A stretch of DNA of 62,633 nucleotides, filler included, from Squatina squatina (GCA_031763465.1; 4 parts of 4 records of this genome joined end to end with filler, not necessarily neighbours in it), one strand, 5' to 3'. Positions 24,601-37,800 are shown, counted from the first letter of the whole stretch. Numbers and translations: made by a program. Notes: a model not told the origin generated them from the sequence alone.

Positions 24601-25720
24601 NNNNNNNNNNNNNNNNNNNNNNNNNNNNNNNNNNNNNNNNNNNNNNNNNNNNNNNNNNNNNNNNNNNNNNNNNNNNNNNNNNNNNNNNNNNNNNNNNNNN
24701 NNNNNNNNNNNNNNNNNNNNNNNNNNNNNNNNNNNNNNNNNNNNNNNNNNNNNNNNNNNNNNNNNNNNNNNNNNNNNNNNNNNNNNNNNNNNNNNNNNNN
24801 NNNNNNNNNNNNNNNNNNNNNNNNNNNNNNNNNNNNNNNNNNNNNNNNNNNNNNNNNNNNNNNNNNNNNNNNNNNNNNNNNNNNNNNNNNNNNNNNNNNN
24901 NNNNNNNNNNNNNNNNNNNNNNNNNNNNNNNNNNNNNNNNNNNNNNNNNNNNNNNNNNNNNNNNNNNNNNNNNNNNNNNNNNNNNNNNNNNNNNNNNNNN
25001 NNNNNNNNNNNNNNNNNNNNNNNNNNNNNNNNNNNNNNNNNNNNNNNNNNNNNNNNNNNNNNNNNNNNNNNNNNNNNNNNNNNNNNNNNNNNNNNNNNNN
25101 NNNNNNNNNNNNNNNNNNNNNNNNNNNNNNNNNNNNNNNNNNNNNNNNNNNNNNNNNNNNNNNNNNNNNNNNNNNNNNNNNNNNNNNNNNNNNNNNNNNN
25201 NNNNNNNNNNNNNNNNNNNNNNNNNNNNNNNNNNNNNNNNNNNNNNNNNNNNNNNNNNNNNNNNNNNNNNNNNNNNNNNNNNNNNNNNACAGACACATGG
25301 GTCAGTTAGATCAATAGTGTTATTTCTAAACACCCCATTGTTAAAAAAAATAACGGACACACACATTACTCCCGATCACGGCTACTGTTCAATAAATGTT
25401 CATTGTTCCCAACTGGGAGGGAGCATGGTGTAAGATTTCCGCTTACGTCACCAGTGTCCTGGAAATAACAGAGGACGGCCATGTTGGTTGGATATTCAGG
25501 TGCACGCTGAAAAAGTTGGTTATGGTCCTCTGGTCATTTGTTTGCTTCTGTGATTTGGTGCTTCCTCCAACACTAATGTACAGAATAAAGACAGGTGCTT
25601 GTCGAAGGGAGAAATCCAGAGTTAAATCAAACAAATTTCACACAAAGCAACACCAAAAGAAAAAATCCCCATTATTAACTCTGGTAGGCTCTTGTGTTGT
25701 GCTGGGAATGTTGACTATGG

Positions 25721-26843
25721 TTAACTGCATAATTTGGTGGTTTCATTTTCAAGAGAGTTGATGAGTTTGGCGTTGAAGGCCTGAAGAGAGGCTTGAATTC
25801 TGACCACCTCACTGGTGGACAACTTCAGGCGATGGCGAAGCAGACAGGTGAAAAGGTCCAGGCGCTGGTGACCATAGGGGGAGAGCCGGTTCACGCGGTC
25901 CCGTATCTCCAGCAGCTGCAGCAGGGCGGAATCCTGCGAGCCCTGGGTGTACGGGTAGTCCAGCTGCAGGATCAGGTCCCGAATGGCATCCGGATCAAAG
26001 TGCATGCTGTAACCAAACACCTGGGCGTTGCTGATCTTCATGTAGCCCAGATTCCTGGCGGGGTCGATGAATTCCAGCGGCTCGTAGTACAAGGTATCGT
26101 TGCCATTCAGGCCGTTTGACTTGATGCGGCTCCTCAAGTAGATGTGGACCGTTTCAAAAAAGGTTTTCCACTTGTTGCCCAGCATCAGGGTCCAGTTGTA
26201 ACACTGAAGAGGCACATCCACTTTAGTCCTCTCCCAGTCTGGGTAGCTGTCCTCATTTATCGGCATGAACCAGCTCTCCGAGTGACTGCCTCCAAAAGGA
26301 TTCACGTAGATAGCCAGCACTGGCTCCAAGGTACTGTTTTTAGTCAAACAGATTTGTATTGTCATGCCTAAGATCATATGAACAAAGTTGGTCTTGTACT
26401 TGTTGCTCTTCAGGGTGAGTAGCATGCGCTTCCTCCAGGAGGGGTCGAACCAACTATTGAGGCGCATGTCGTTGCTGATGAAGATGGCTGGCACGATTAT
26501 CTTGCTGTCACGTTTCTGCAGCAGGTACCTTATCTCCATGTCCCGCAGGTCCTGCTCGGTCTCAAAACCAATGTACTGCTCGGTGGGGTCAGCGACCTCT
26601 GGCCGGCAGACTCCTTGGCCCAGCATATAGCCCACGTTGCAGCCCCCGCAGCGTGTGCGGTTGTCAGCCGCGCACATCACGCAGGAGGTCCCCTCGCCGA
26701 CCAGGCACGGAATGGCCTTCTGGCAGGTCACCTGGTCATAGGGACAGGTGCAGCTTCGGGTCTCCTCTGAAAATAGTCCAGCCAGGCCGTTGTCAGTGCA
26801 GTACAAGAAAGACTGAATGCGGTTGAGCCAGTAGGTCATAGCC
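25721..26843 (-). CDS. BRINP3: BRINP3-like, last coding exon (exon 8 equivalent: EGF-like domain and C-terminal region)
   Basis: Translation includes YWLNRIQSFLYC...FISNDMRLNSWFDPSWRKRMLLTLKSNKYK...YPYTQGSQDSALLQLLEIRDRVN...TTKLCS*. The acceptor TTTTTTTCCTGAAG|G at 26843 is phase 2 and matches the previous exon (AG|G = Arg). Confidence 0.93.
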
Positions 26844-26984
26844 CTTCAGGAAAAAAACAAAACCAAATCACCATCTTATTAATTTAAACAGAGAATGCTG
26901 GAGAAAACTCAGCAGGTCAGGCCTTATTAAGGTGGAAATGAAGACACTGCATTGCTTCTCCCCCAAAAATTCAAACAACTTTAA

Positions 26985-27370
26985 CAACAAAAACTTGCAT
27001 TTATATAGCACCTTTAAAGTTGTAAAATGTCCCAACATGCTTCACTAGAGCATTATCGGACAAAATTTGACACCGAGCTACATAAAGAGATACTGGGACA
27101 GGTGACCAAAAACTTGATCAAATAGGTAAGTTTTAAGAACTATCTTAAAGGGAGGAGAGAGACATGGAGAGGTTTAGGGAGGGATTTCCAGAGCTTAGGG
27201 TCTGGGCAGCTGAGGGCATGGCTACCAATGGTGGAATGATTAAAAATCGGGGCTGCACAAGAGGCCAGAATTGGAGGATCTGGGAGAGTTACAGGGCTGG
27301 AGGAAGATGCAGAGATCAGGAGAAGTGAAACCAAGTGAGGTGGTGGAGGAATTTGAACACAAGGATGAGA
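26985..27370 (-). mobile_element. L2-type LINE 3' fragment in the last BRINP intron
   Basis: AACTTGCATTTATATAGCACCTTTAA...TTTAGGGAGGGATTTCCAGAGCTTAGGG; translation APIFNHSTIGSHALSCPDPKLWKSLP resembles the L2 ORF2 terminus (GRAFS..P.LWNSLP). Confidence 0.7.
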
Positions 27371-28751
27371 ATTTTATCCAGTAAATACCAGTGCCTTTGA
27401 GACGAAGAAGGCCTAAGACTCGGTGCCTGGTTTGAGCAGAGTTCACTGAGTTCAGCTGGAGTGAGTGCTAAAGTTGGCCTCAGCACCCTGGCGTTAGGAA
27501 GTGGAAAAATTGGTCAGGGTTCCTACCTCTGTCCTCTATCCAGAAATCCTTTGCTGCAAGTGGATCTGTACAGATGCTGGAGGAGGATGGGACTGGGCTC
27601 AGATGTGATGCCCCAGCACTCGAATAGCCTGCTAACATTACAATCAATATCTCGGGCCACACATGAATGATGGAATTCCCAAACTGCTGTTGAGGCTGGG
27701 GATCAATTGACAATTTCAAAACTGAGATGGATAGATTTTTGTTTGGCAAGAATATTAATGGTTACGGAACCAAGACGAGTAGATGAAGCTAAGGTACAGA
27801 TCAGCCTTGGTCTAATTGAATGGCGAAACAGGCTCGAGGGGCTGTATGGCCCACTTCTGTTCCAATGGCTACTTGGCTGTGGTAGCCAAAGCTGTCTCTT
27901 AACATTGTAACCAAACACAGCCAGGAGTAATGCAGGAGAAGAGGGAAGGAACGGGAGGCGAAGACAGTTAAAAGGGAAAAATAACCAGAATACTGTGGCT
28001 CAATTCTGCACTCAAATCCTAGAGTGGTCGAAAGCACAAAATAAACCAGTGGTTAAGATTAATCCACAAGCTCTCATCCCCTATGAGAGCTGAATGACCA
28101 GTAAACATAAGCTTGGCCACAAACATAGATGCATAGATGTGCGCTCACACCAAGTGCAATGGAATAAGACCAACCGTGTGCGTGTGTGCAAAGACACGCA
28201 AAACCAGGACTATTGAGCCTCGCTGTTAAGGGCCTGTTCCCACAGCCTTTCCCAAATGTTTTAAGCCACCACATGATTTTGTAAAGGACGAGGCTCCTCC
28301 ACCGGCTCAGCATCCCCAAGTCACACTGACCAAGATGTTCCTTGGATACACTTTTTGCTCATCTCAACNNNNNNNNNNNNNNNTACACAGTAACCTCTGC
28401 TCAAAGTGACTGTGCACAGATATCAGGCAATGACAGGATCGGGGCTGGCTGTGATGCTCCCATGGTAAAATGGTCGCTGACATGCTGGGAATTTCCTCAG
28501 GAGTTCTCCCGATAGGCCACTGTCATTTCAGCGGGCAGTTGGTGGAATCCCTCAGGGGGTTGCGCCCACGTTAAAGTGTCTGGTTAGGCTTCTGTGTTAT
28601 GATTAATCAGCTGAGTGGGCTGCTAGAGGGCGACTGGCACCTGTGGAACCANNNNNNNNNNNNNNNNNNNNNNNNNNNNNNNNNNNNNNNNNNNNNNNNN
28701 NNNNNNNNNNNNNNNNNNNNNNNNNNNNNNNNNNNNNNNNNNNNNNNNNNN

Positions 28752-30365
28752 GTGACAGCATGTCGGGATCCGACTCTGAACCCGCCCCCTTGTCATTTTC
28801 CCAGCTATCGGGTTTGCCGGTGGATTGCAAACCTGACACCAAGCGGCGGGCAAGTTCATTAAAGTCTTCAACAGTTACTTAACTAGTGTTTAAGGCAATT
28901 AAAAGCTCACGCTTGCCATTCTCCTAGCCTTTTGCCAGGTTTGCCATCGCTCCTGGAACATGCCAGGTAAGTGCTGTCAGGTCCTCAGTCAGTCTCCATT
29001 CGTTTGACTGGTTGACAGCTGCTGAAGTGGTACAAAAGCCACCATTTCACAGCTGTTCACTTGCCAGTGTCATAAGTTGAAGCTTTCAGGATTTCAAACT
29101 CACCTTTGAGCTATATACATTATACAAGAGTTTGCGGTGAACTCTAAGCTGTCAGCTAATTGGAACATCTCCCACCATTGACAGATTGCTTCTGTCACCT
29201 CAACCTCACCTGTCATCTATTCTAGCAGAATTGGTGACCTTGAAACTTGGTCCTCAGATGCTCACAACACAAACATCACTGAACACACCAGCAACACCAA
29301 AAGCAACACCAACCTTCTCCGCAATCACCTGATTCTTCACAGGGCACCGGGCATCAGCATCCCACTGCATAGCTGCCCGGGATGTCAGCGATGACCGCAT
29401 CATGGCCACATTTGCTTCACTGGATGCTGTGCACCCTGGCTGCCACATGATGTGCCAGGTTGGCAACACAATACAACAGCACCATAAAGCAACCCTGCAA
29501 TGCCTACGCCATTCCTTTCACACTCTTCACCTTTGTGTGGGCTACTCTTATGTCTCACCCTTCACTACAACTCACTAAGCCACTTCAAAATGTGCATACA
29601 AGTCTGTTCAAGAAGGCAAAATGCTCAAAATAAGGATTTCAATGTTTGACAACTCTTCACCAGAAACTCTATATGTTCATTGCCTGAAACACCCAAGTGT
29701 CTACCCTTGTGTATTGGTATTTGGTATGATTGGACAAGGATGAGTGTGTGTGAGGGGTGGCGAGAGGTACAAGGTAAGTTGGTGTGAGTGCAGATATGCA
29801 GGAGGAGGGTAGGAAAGGCAGAGTGATGGGGATGTGATGAATGGCACAGCAGGGTGAGGTTGAGTGTGGCTTTGCAGTAACATTTTGTGATCTACTGAGA
29901 TCATTGAAATGTTTGCACCACTGCAGCCTTGTCCTCTTGACAACATCTTTGCTTGTGCCCTCCTGTGAATTGTGCAACCAGGCTGCGTTGGGGTACTGGA
30001 GAGGTCTCTTCCGCCCACTGGAAGGGGAGAGGACCTCCCTGCATCTGTGGGAGAGCCTGGGTGCAGCCGTGCACCTTTGGGCAGTGCCGGTCAGTGTTTG
30101 CAGCTGCTGAATGCTGCAGAACACTGTCAGAGGAACTATTAAGGAAAGTTGGGCATGGTCCCTTTAAGAAAACTGGCTGATGATACATCATCGGATGACA
30201 GCATCAGACCGGCTTCCAATTAATTGGCCGGGAAGCCAACTCGGCGGGCTTAACAAGGCCAATCATGGGGAGATCGTCTGGGGAGGGCGGGCTGGAGCTG
30301 GGAGCATGGTCCCCACACTCCACCACTGCTGGCCGCTCTGATCTCACCTCCCGTGGAAAAATCAC
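28752..30365. mobile_element. Internally deleted Harbinger element with Myb-like remnant on the minus strand
   Basis: Minus-strand translation ..REVLSPSSGRKRP...VVKRTRLQWCKHFNDL (29900-30060). A plus-strand IAARDVSDDRIMATF resembles the transposase C-terminus. Termini are CpG-rich and boundaries are approximate. Confidence 0.55.
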
Positions 30366-30577
30366 AGCCCATCTTGTGGAATACCTTGTAACCGTATAAG
30401 TAAGAACATCCGTTCCCTAACACCTACCATACATTCCTAAAGGACTAGCCATGTTTTATAACAACCATACATCATACTGAAGTACCAAGTCCAACCCCTC
30501 AGATCTCAATAGAGAGTCAAGAGTGGACACAAGAATATTTTAGTTACTACATTTTGCTGTGTGTGAATATCCTGTAC

Positions 30578-30800
30578 CTTTCTCTGGGGAGGACGAATTT
30601 CGGTTGTTTCTGGCATCGCTTACTTAGGCTGAAGAGTTTGCGGACGGTCTTTTGTGCCTTGCTGATGAGCACCTTCAGGCTGGCCTCCAGCTGCTCGTAG
30701 CGGTGCTGGAGGCTAAAATCCATTGTCCACAGCTGCAGGATGGTCGAGGCATTCAGGAAATACTCAGTCGGCAGCTTCTTCAGAAAAATCTTGAACTCAT
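30578..30800 (-). CDS. BRINP3: BRINP3-like coding exon (exon 7 equivalent, 223 nt)
   Basis: Translation (D)EFKIFLKKLPTEYFLNASTILQLWTMDFSLQHRYEQLEASLKVLISKAQKTVRKLFSLSKRCQKQPKFVLPRE(R). Acceptor TACAG|AT and donor AAAG|GTACAG are canonical. Confidence 0.93.
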
Positions 30801-32761
30801 CTGTACGAAGGAGCAGATAAAACATGGATTACACAAAGTGAAACAGTCCAAGAAGAGGATGTCCACTCTGTGAAAGAACATGTATGGTGTGAATAAATAT
30901 ATGGGTTTCAGTATTGTTTCCAAAATTTGGGGAGTTTTTTGTGCTGAAATGAAGAAATCACTAATCACATGGTGAGACACCACATCTTTAAAAATGAAAA
31001 ACTCACTGCCAATCGTAACACACTTGCAATCATGATCCTTGGGGTGTCGGCTGGCTCAGTTAAAAACACTGTAGGACTGCGGTCTTGCTAACTGGCAGCA
31101 TCTCGGGGAGCCAGTTCACATATCAGCATTCGCTGCCAAGAAACCTCAGAGACCTTTCCCGTCTCCCCTCCCTGCCNNNNNNNNNNNNNNNNNNNNNNNN
31201 NNNNNNNNNNNNNNNNNNNNNNNNNNNNNNNNNNNNNNNNNNNNNNNNNNNNNNNNNNNNNNNNNNNNNNNNNNNNGCGAATCATTGCTGCACCACCAAA
31301 TAAATCGCACGTTCTGTCTAATAGTAATGGTGGCTTAAGGCCGTGAGCATATCTAGCTTCTAACATGTCAGCTTTATTTTAGAACTCGGCTCCAATTTGG
31401 GTCAAAACAAGCTCTGTTTTACCAGAGAGCATGGAAGATGTACAATTTCCATTAATTGCTGCTCAAGTATTCACATTAAAAAGTTACAACAGAGATGGCA
31501 ACAATAACTTAATTATAAAATGTAATAAAGTACTGAAGATAATTCCCTTCTGCAAACACATCTGTGACTAGGGTTGCCAACTCTTGGACGTATTCCTGGA
31601 GGTTTGATCATGTGATGGCTGAGCACATGACACCTGCCCGCTGTTTGCAAATGATATTGTAAATGTTGCGTCCCCTGTATTTAATGGCCTTGAATTTGCG
31701 GTCAGTATGATGGCGTATTCTCACCACCTTTGAAACTGACCACAAGTTCAGGATTTTCACATGCGCTAAATCTCGAACTTGCAATCTGTCAAGTTCCAAC
31801 TACACTTGACGCTGCATCTTTCATCTCCTCATACAAGTGAACATGCGGGTGAAAAATTTGGCTAATTGCCCACCACCTAGTGCGAGGTAATTACGCTGAA
31901 AATTTTAAAGGCTGGTGCACGTAGGCGCAGGAAGCATGTTGCACAGTGCAAGGTGACCAGATGAGAAAATTGTATTACAAAAATATCTGTAACAATAAAG
32001 GGAGATTTGTTTTAATGGAGTGTTTGTAAGCACATTGAATAAAGCATCAAATAAGTGGTTTATAACCTTTTGTTAATGGTTAATAATCAGAGTATACAGA
32101 GAGACTTGTATTGCCAGTGTGTATTATAAGAGGTTTGCAACAACTGATGTTTATGAATTTTGAATGAACATATGAGAGATTTGCAATAACATTGTTAATG
32201 AGAAGATTGCAGTTCCAGAATTTATTATAATGGCAGCCTTTTAGTGTTAGTTTTTTTTTACAATGGATTTGAGACAATGAATCTTTACATAACAAAATAG
32301 TTTTTAATAACAGTTTATGAGAAAAATTCTTTTGAATCAGTCAGCAACTTTGCAGCAACTGGGACCTGAAAGTCACGTTATTGCTTTTTAAAGAACATAC
32401 AAAGTTATATTTAATGGTGCACATTACTTTATAAACCACAGCTTCTCAAACATGGCACTTAATCCATCCATATAAGTCCCTGAAGAGAACAGTCCTTTAA
32501 GCAATTCCCCTTGCACTGCTTGTTCAGCTATGTTTTGTTGAGGTTGATAAGGATATCATCAATTTCCATCAGTCACTTTAACTGCCTCGTACAGGAGCCA
32601 GCAACAAAAGGCACGATTCTATTTATCAAAATTCAGAGGTTGCAATGAACTCCCTGGTCTANNNNNNNNNNNNNNNNNNNNNNNNNNNNNNNNNNNNNNN
32701 NNNNNNNNNNNNNNNNNNNNNNNNNNNNNNNNNNNNNNNNNNNNNNNNNNNNNNNNNNNNN

Positions 32762-32868
32762 GGAACAGGGTACTGAATTTGGATGATCAGCCATGATCAT
32801 ATTGAATGGCGGAGCAGGCTCGATGGGCCGAATGGCCTACTCCTGCTCCTATTTTCTATATTTCTATG
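32762..32868 (+). mobile_element. CR1-type LINE 3' end
   Basis: GATCAGCCATGATCATATTGAATGGCGGAGCAGGCTCGATGGGCCGAATGGCCTACTCCTGCTCCTATTTTCTATA; a related copy lies at 27715-27870. Confidence 0.8.
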
Positions 32869-33853
32869 ACTCCTCAGCACCAATGCAACTAAACTTTTTA
32901 AGTAAGGTGTAACATTCTGGGTAGAATTTTGCATTGTTTTAATTTATGATACTGATACCAAGTCCGGTTCAGTTTATAAAGGCTTAACTTCCCAGGCCAT
33001 GGAGAATGTTGACTAAATACCTCCCTAGGATTAGATGATTTTTCATTCATTATAGCCAGCAAGGGGTTTAGCTGAACAGACATGTAGATATTGCCAGCTT
33101 CCACGTCAAGGTGTCTGCTTTAATTTTAGATGTTGTCTTTACTGACAACTCCATTGGCCACTTTTCAACACTGGAATTGAGGGAGGGGCTGGGGACGGGT
33201 GCTGTTTCACTCGGAGATTACCAGTTAGCTTGTAAGTGAAGCCTGCCTCGAACAGTCATCTTTTTTTTTAATGGTAGGAAGAGTGGTGGTAAATGGATGT
33301 AGATCAGTGGAAAACTAATCTGTTTATTCTTGTATATTGAATAAATAAAGCAGTTTGTGGGATCACCGTCTGCCTGGTCTCACCTTCCAGAAAGATGGGA
33401 GAATCTGGTAGCATGTGCGAGGTCACATTGTTTAACTAAACATTACACGGCGAAGGTGTGCTTCTGATTGTAAGGGACACAAGGTCCACTCATAGGAGTG
33501 ACTGTTAACACTGAAGCCAAAAGAATATCTAGTGTTAAAATGTGCCAATTGTCTACCATAATTGGTAATTAAATAATAATGCGCAACTCAGATTCAGGTA
33601 TCCTATTGAGGAAAAGCTGAGATCCCAGAGATACTCCTAAGAGGAGGAGCTATCCAGCATTCACAGTGAAAGTGATAGAGGACAATGACCAAAATGCCAT
33701 GGGAATAAGAATAGGAATTACCCTCCCTGAATATTGTATATCATAAAGTAGCAAGGTATAGTCCTCAGTACAACATACGAGAATGGTTGGATTTGTTCAC
33801 TATTGCAGCAGTAAGTGTGGGAATATTTTGAACTGGGTACTGCAGTGCTTTAC

Positions 33854-34044
33854 CTCCAAGTGTTCCAGATAGCAAGAAGTGAGTGCCATACTTCTTGATC
33901 AGGTTATCGATGATCTGTTGTGGACTTGGTCTCCGTCCCAACAAACGGATATTTCTGATAAACTCTGGAGCCAGAGGCAAATCTGAGCCCAAAAAGTCTC
34001 TTCTTTCCACTGCCAAATTATTCACCTTCCATCGACCAAACTCT
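33854..34044 (-). CDS. BRINP3: BRINP3-like coding exon (exon 3 equivalent, 191 nt, MACPF domain)
   Basis: Translation [63 protein letters not shown] contains the MACPF signature YGTHF....LGG. Acceptor TGACAG|AG, donor GGAG|GTAAAG. Confidence 0.93.
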
Positions 34045-34609
34045 CTGTCAACAGAAAAACACACATTACAAAATCAATCCATTATGCACAGGACAGACTA
34101 TCCATAACAAAACAGTGGCATGCTCAGTATTCATGTTCCATCAGTGTTTCTTGCTAGATGTGCACATGTAGCAACCCCATCCGACAGATTTTGGGAAAAT
34201 TCTTTGAATACAATGGACACAGGTCAATGAGTTGTGCATGGGGGAGATCCTCGTACAGACGAACCTGCCCTCTGACTCCATACTGTGCCATGGCCCAATT
34301 TCATGATTGAAGCAATAGCATTTTCAATGGAATTGCCCTGAATATTTCATCCATATTTCAGTATGTTACAGAAATGCTGGAAAGACTCAGCAGGTCAGGC
34401 ACCATCTGTGGCGAGAGAAACAGNNNNNNNNNNNNNNNNNNNNNNNNNNNNNNNNNNNNNNNNNNNNNNNNNNNNNNNNNNNNNNNNNNNNNNNNNNNNN
34501 NNNNNNNNNNNNNNNNNNNNNNNGTGATTTTAAAGCGGTTCCACAAAATACCTGCTGGAGAGAGATATAAACCTCCCGGGCAGCTTGCGTGCCAGGGCAC
34601 CCCTCTTAC

Positions 34610-34842
34610 CTGTAGATTTTGTATCTGGTAGTAAATCCCTGACGGTATCTATCCAGGAAATTGGAATAATCCCGGGCCCGGTGTAAGGGCCCCTTGTCCG
34701 ATAGCAGCCAATCGAAAGGGCTGGTGGCATTTTGGTGTGGATGATGAGAGGAAAGCACCAATAGAGCCCAGCAATGGAGAGTAAGAGCCAGCCGGTCCCA
34801 TAGGAACAGCAAAGAGACGAGATCAACAAGCCGCCAGTTCAT
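34610..34842 (-). CDS. BRINP3: BRINP3-like first coding exon (signal peptide); the exon begins at 34892 with 50 nt of 5'UTR
   Basis: Translation MNWRLVDLVSLLFLWDRLALTLHCWALLVLSSHHPHQNATSPFDWLLSDKGPLHRARDYSNFLDRYRQGFTTRYKIY(R). Donor CAG|GTAAGA; upstream acceptor TTTTTTTTAATGGAATAG|GT. Confidence 0.92.
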
Positions 34843-37800
34843 TCTTCCATCTGGGACTCTTCCTCTTCATTCTCCTCGCACTCCCTCAAGACCTATTCCA
34901 TTAAAAAAAACTGCAATTACAGTTGTACTATCACACCCAGCTACATTGTAATTGTGCATTAATGCAGTTTTCACATTGCATGGCACAAACATTGCAGTGT
35001 AACTCAGGAGTGAAGTCAGTGACATGAAAACCTGTTGTATTTTATCAAACAAAGCAAGACTATCGTTAGAGGGTGGACTCACAGCAATTAACTAACTGCC
35101 CACAACTTCATAAACACCATGTTAACATTTTTATTGCCAGTTAACCTGTTAGCTTTGACATTTTGAAGTAAATGAGCAGGTTTCTGCAGATGTGCACAGG
35201 ATGTCCATGCAAAATTCTACAAGCAGAGGTATGTAGATCTGGCAGTTCAGTCAGTACTGTTGACTCGATCAGTTTAAGCAGGTACTGATCGCAATCCGCA
35301 ATAAGTTGAAGCAAACAAATTAAGTCTCAATCACAAAGTGAAACAAATTGAAACACAGTGGATTGAAAAGGCTAAACTGTATTGATGGGGCAGGAGTTCA
35401 AATTTGCAAAAGGATTTGAGAACACAATTAGCAGAAGATCATCGTCACTGTTAGATAGCAAGGGCAGAGGGGTAGGACTAACGTGAAAGCATAATGATGG
35501 GTTAAGGGTTTTTTTTTTAACCTAAAAGGATTATAAAATGGAATGTCTTTGCACAAGTAACNNNNNNNNNNNNNNNNNNNNNNNNNNNNNNNNNNNNNNN
35601 NNNNNTTAATTAATTAANNNNNNNNNNNNNNNNNNNNNNNNNNNNNNNNNNNNNNNNNNNNCGTGCAAGACTGCCCAGTACTGTGAATCGGTCTATGTCA
35701 CGAGCTGCAAGTATCATATAGCAGGATATTAAATTGCTGTACAGACGGTTGTACATAACTAACCTTAATTACACAATCACATGCTCAGGCCTCCATGTGG
35801 CACTGATGAGATGTAATGTAGCAAAAACTATGTTCATGTGACCAGCTTATGCAATTCATCAGACAAAATTGAGTGACAGTGCTAATGCAAGTAGAAGTTG
35901 CAAATGAACTGTGTAAATGACCTGAGATTGAGTGATACGTCTCTTCCATTGACCTGCTGGCATTTCAACTGGTATTTAATGCAGTCCATCCACTCCCACA
36001 GTTACCCTCACCCCCAGAAAAAGAAAACAATCAAAGGACTTTTTTTAACAAATGTAACTATTTTTACAAAAACAGAAAATGCTGGTAACACTGAGCAGGT
36101 CAGGCAGTACCTGTGGACAGAACAGACAAGTAGGTGTAGATCCTTCATCAGAACTGGAGGACACTATAGACAAACAACATAAAAAGGGAACAGAACAAAG
36201 GGTGGGTGAAGGGAGAAATGCACACACATGAGAAGACTTAGAATAATCAGTAAAGCGCTTAAGTGGAAAATAGGAAATGGTCAAATGACAAAAGTGATAT
36301 TAGCATGGGGCAAGTTGAGAGAAATCTCATTTATGAGACACAGATTTTGTAAATAGTATAGGAGGTGAGGGTAGGTAGTAATGGAAACACGAAAACCTGA
36401 CGAGTAGGATTCAGCAGCCCAGATCGACACCAAGGATACTCACGCACTTACATCCCTTCAGCATGGTGTTCCAACAGAGCATCGACAAATGATGAATATC
36501 TATATGCATAAATTCAAGAGGATCTTGACGAGCCATCAGTGGGTGGAGAAATGCAATTTAATACAGGGAAATGTAAGGTTATGAAATTTGGCAGAGAGAA
36601 GGATAATGTGGATCATGTGCTTATTTATTTTCACCTATCATTGGTAGCAGTCCTATGTATAGAAGTCAGACAAGTAAAGGATTCAGGGAATCTGAGATAC
36701 CTCCTCATTCAAGCAAAATGCCAACCCGCGACCGTGTAGATCTGTTCTATGTTGCTGCTGAGTTACACACATCAGGCCAAGAGGCTGAGTACTTCGCCCT
36801 CTCAACAACAATTTACCTTGAATCTTGCATTATTTACAGGTCATGGGGCTGAAGACAGTTGTGGTTTTTGTGCTACTACAGGGAAAACTCTGAGAAGCAA
36901 CACTCAGCTGTCAAATAGTTGTGATGGGCTTTTGAGCAATAAGTTGATGAAAAAATTGGCCAACTGATTAACTTGTACGTTTTAATTTTGAAACCAGAGC
37001 TGATATATTGCCTACAAGCACCTTATTCGGGGATCTTTGCTCTGTATTTCTAGGTTGAAAAGATAATCTGTACATTGAGGCCAGCTTTAAAACTTCGGCT
37101 ACGCTTTGTGACTCACATAAGTAAAGTGGAACCAGCAGCTCCAGTCCAACCAGCAAGCAGTGCCTCTCCAGCCAACCCTTCCAGCCAGGTCTCCACTGGT
37201 GTTGCCCTACCAGTAACACAATAAGAGTTTGGCTAGCATTTAATGTCAGAAGTTATAATGCTATGATGTAAAAAAAATTGTTTAGTATTTAAGACAGGAT
37301 CCTATTTTAAGGCTACTTTTTAATCTTGTACGTATTTTCCATTGAAATGTTGTGAACTGCCAATAATGTACTGCAGTTGCTCTCCTGTTGTTTAATGATG
37401 GCCAGAATGACACTCTGTGCTACTTCAGTGACAATTGAACTGTTCCAGCAATGTTTAGTGGATCACCCACTTCGTTCCACTGATTTGGAACATTGTAGTT
37501 CACACAAGAAGTAGATCCTAATACTGAATGCATAATTATCATATAATTTTCTTTTGTTAGTGATGCTTTTTATTATCTTTCTCCCATGCCATGCAAATAA
37601 ATGTTTTATTTAAGCTGAAGGCAGCTTTTACTATTTCATTCTGCAAGTTTTATTGCATTTTGTTTGTATAATTTTGCTCACAAACTGTAATACCTATTGT
37701 GTTTTTGACCAAAATCATATCCGAGATAAAACCTAATTGTCAAAAGAACTTACAGCTAATGTGATATGTACCTTTTTGAAATGTCCCTGATTAGCTTTTT

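Noticed and set aside
24129-25433. Long 330-434 aa ORFs
   Set aside because: They consist almost entirely of the N gap.
25793-26630. Plus-strand ORFs antisense to BRINP exon 8, and similar shadows over TWIST2
   Set aside because: These are shadow ORFs of GC3-rich coding sequence.
27478-27500. REST/NRSE site in the BRINP intron (TCAGCACCCTGG)
   Set aside because: The right half-site GACAG is missing and the motif lies within an old interspersed repeat.
31608-31799. RIRHHTDRKFKAIK as a decayed BRINP exon 4 end (RRLHHIQIASTAIK)
   Set aside because: Only a few residues match, there is no GT donor after AIK, and the upstream sequence does not align.
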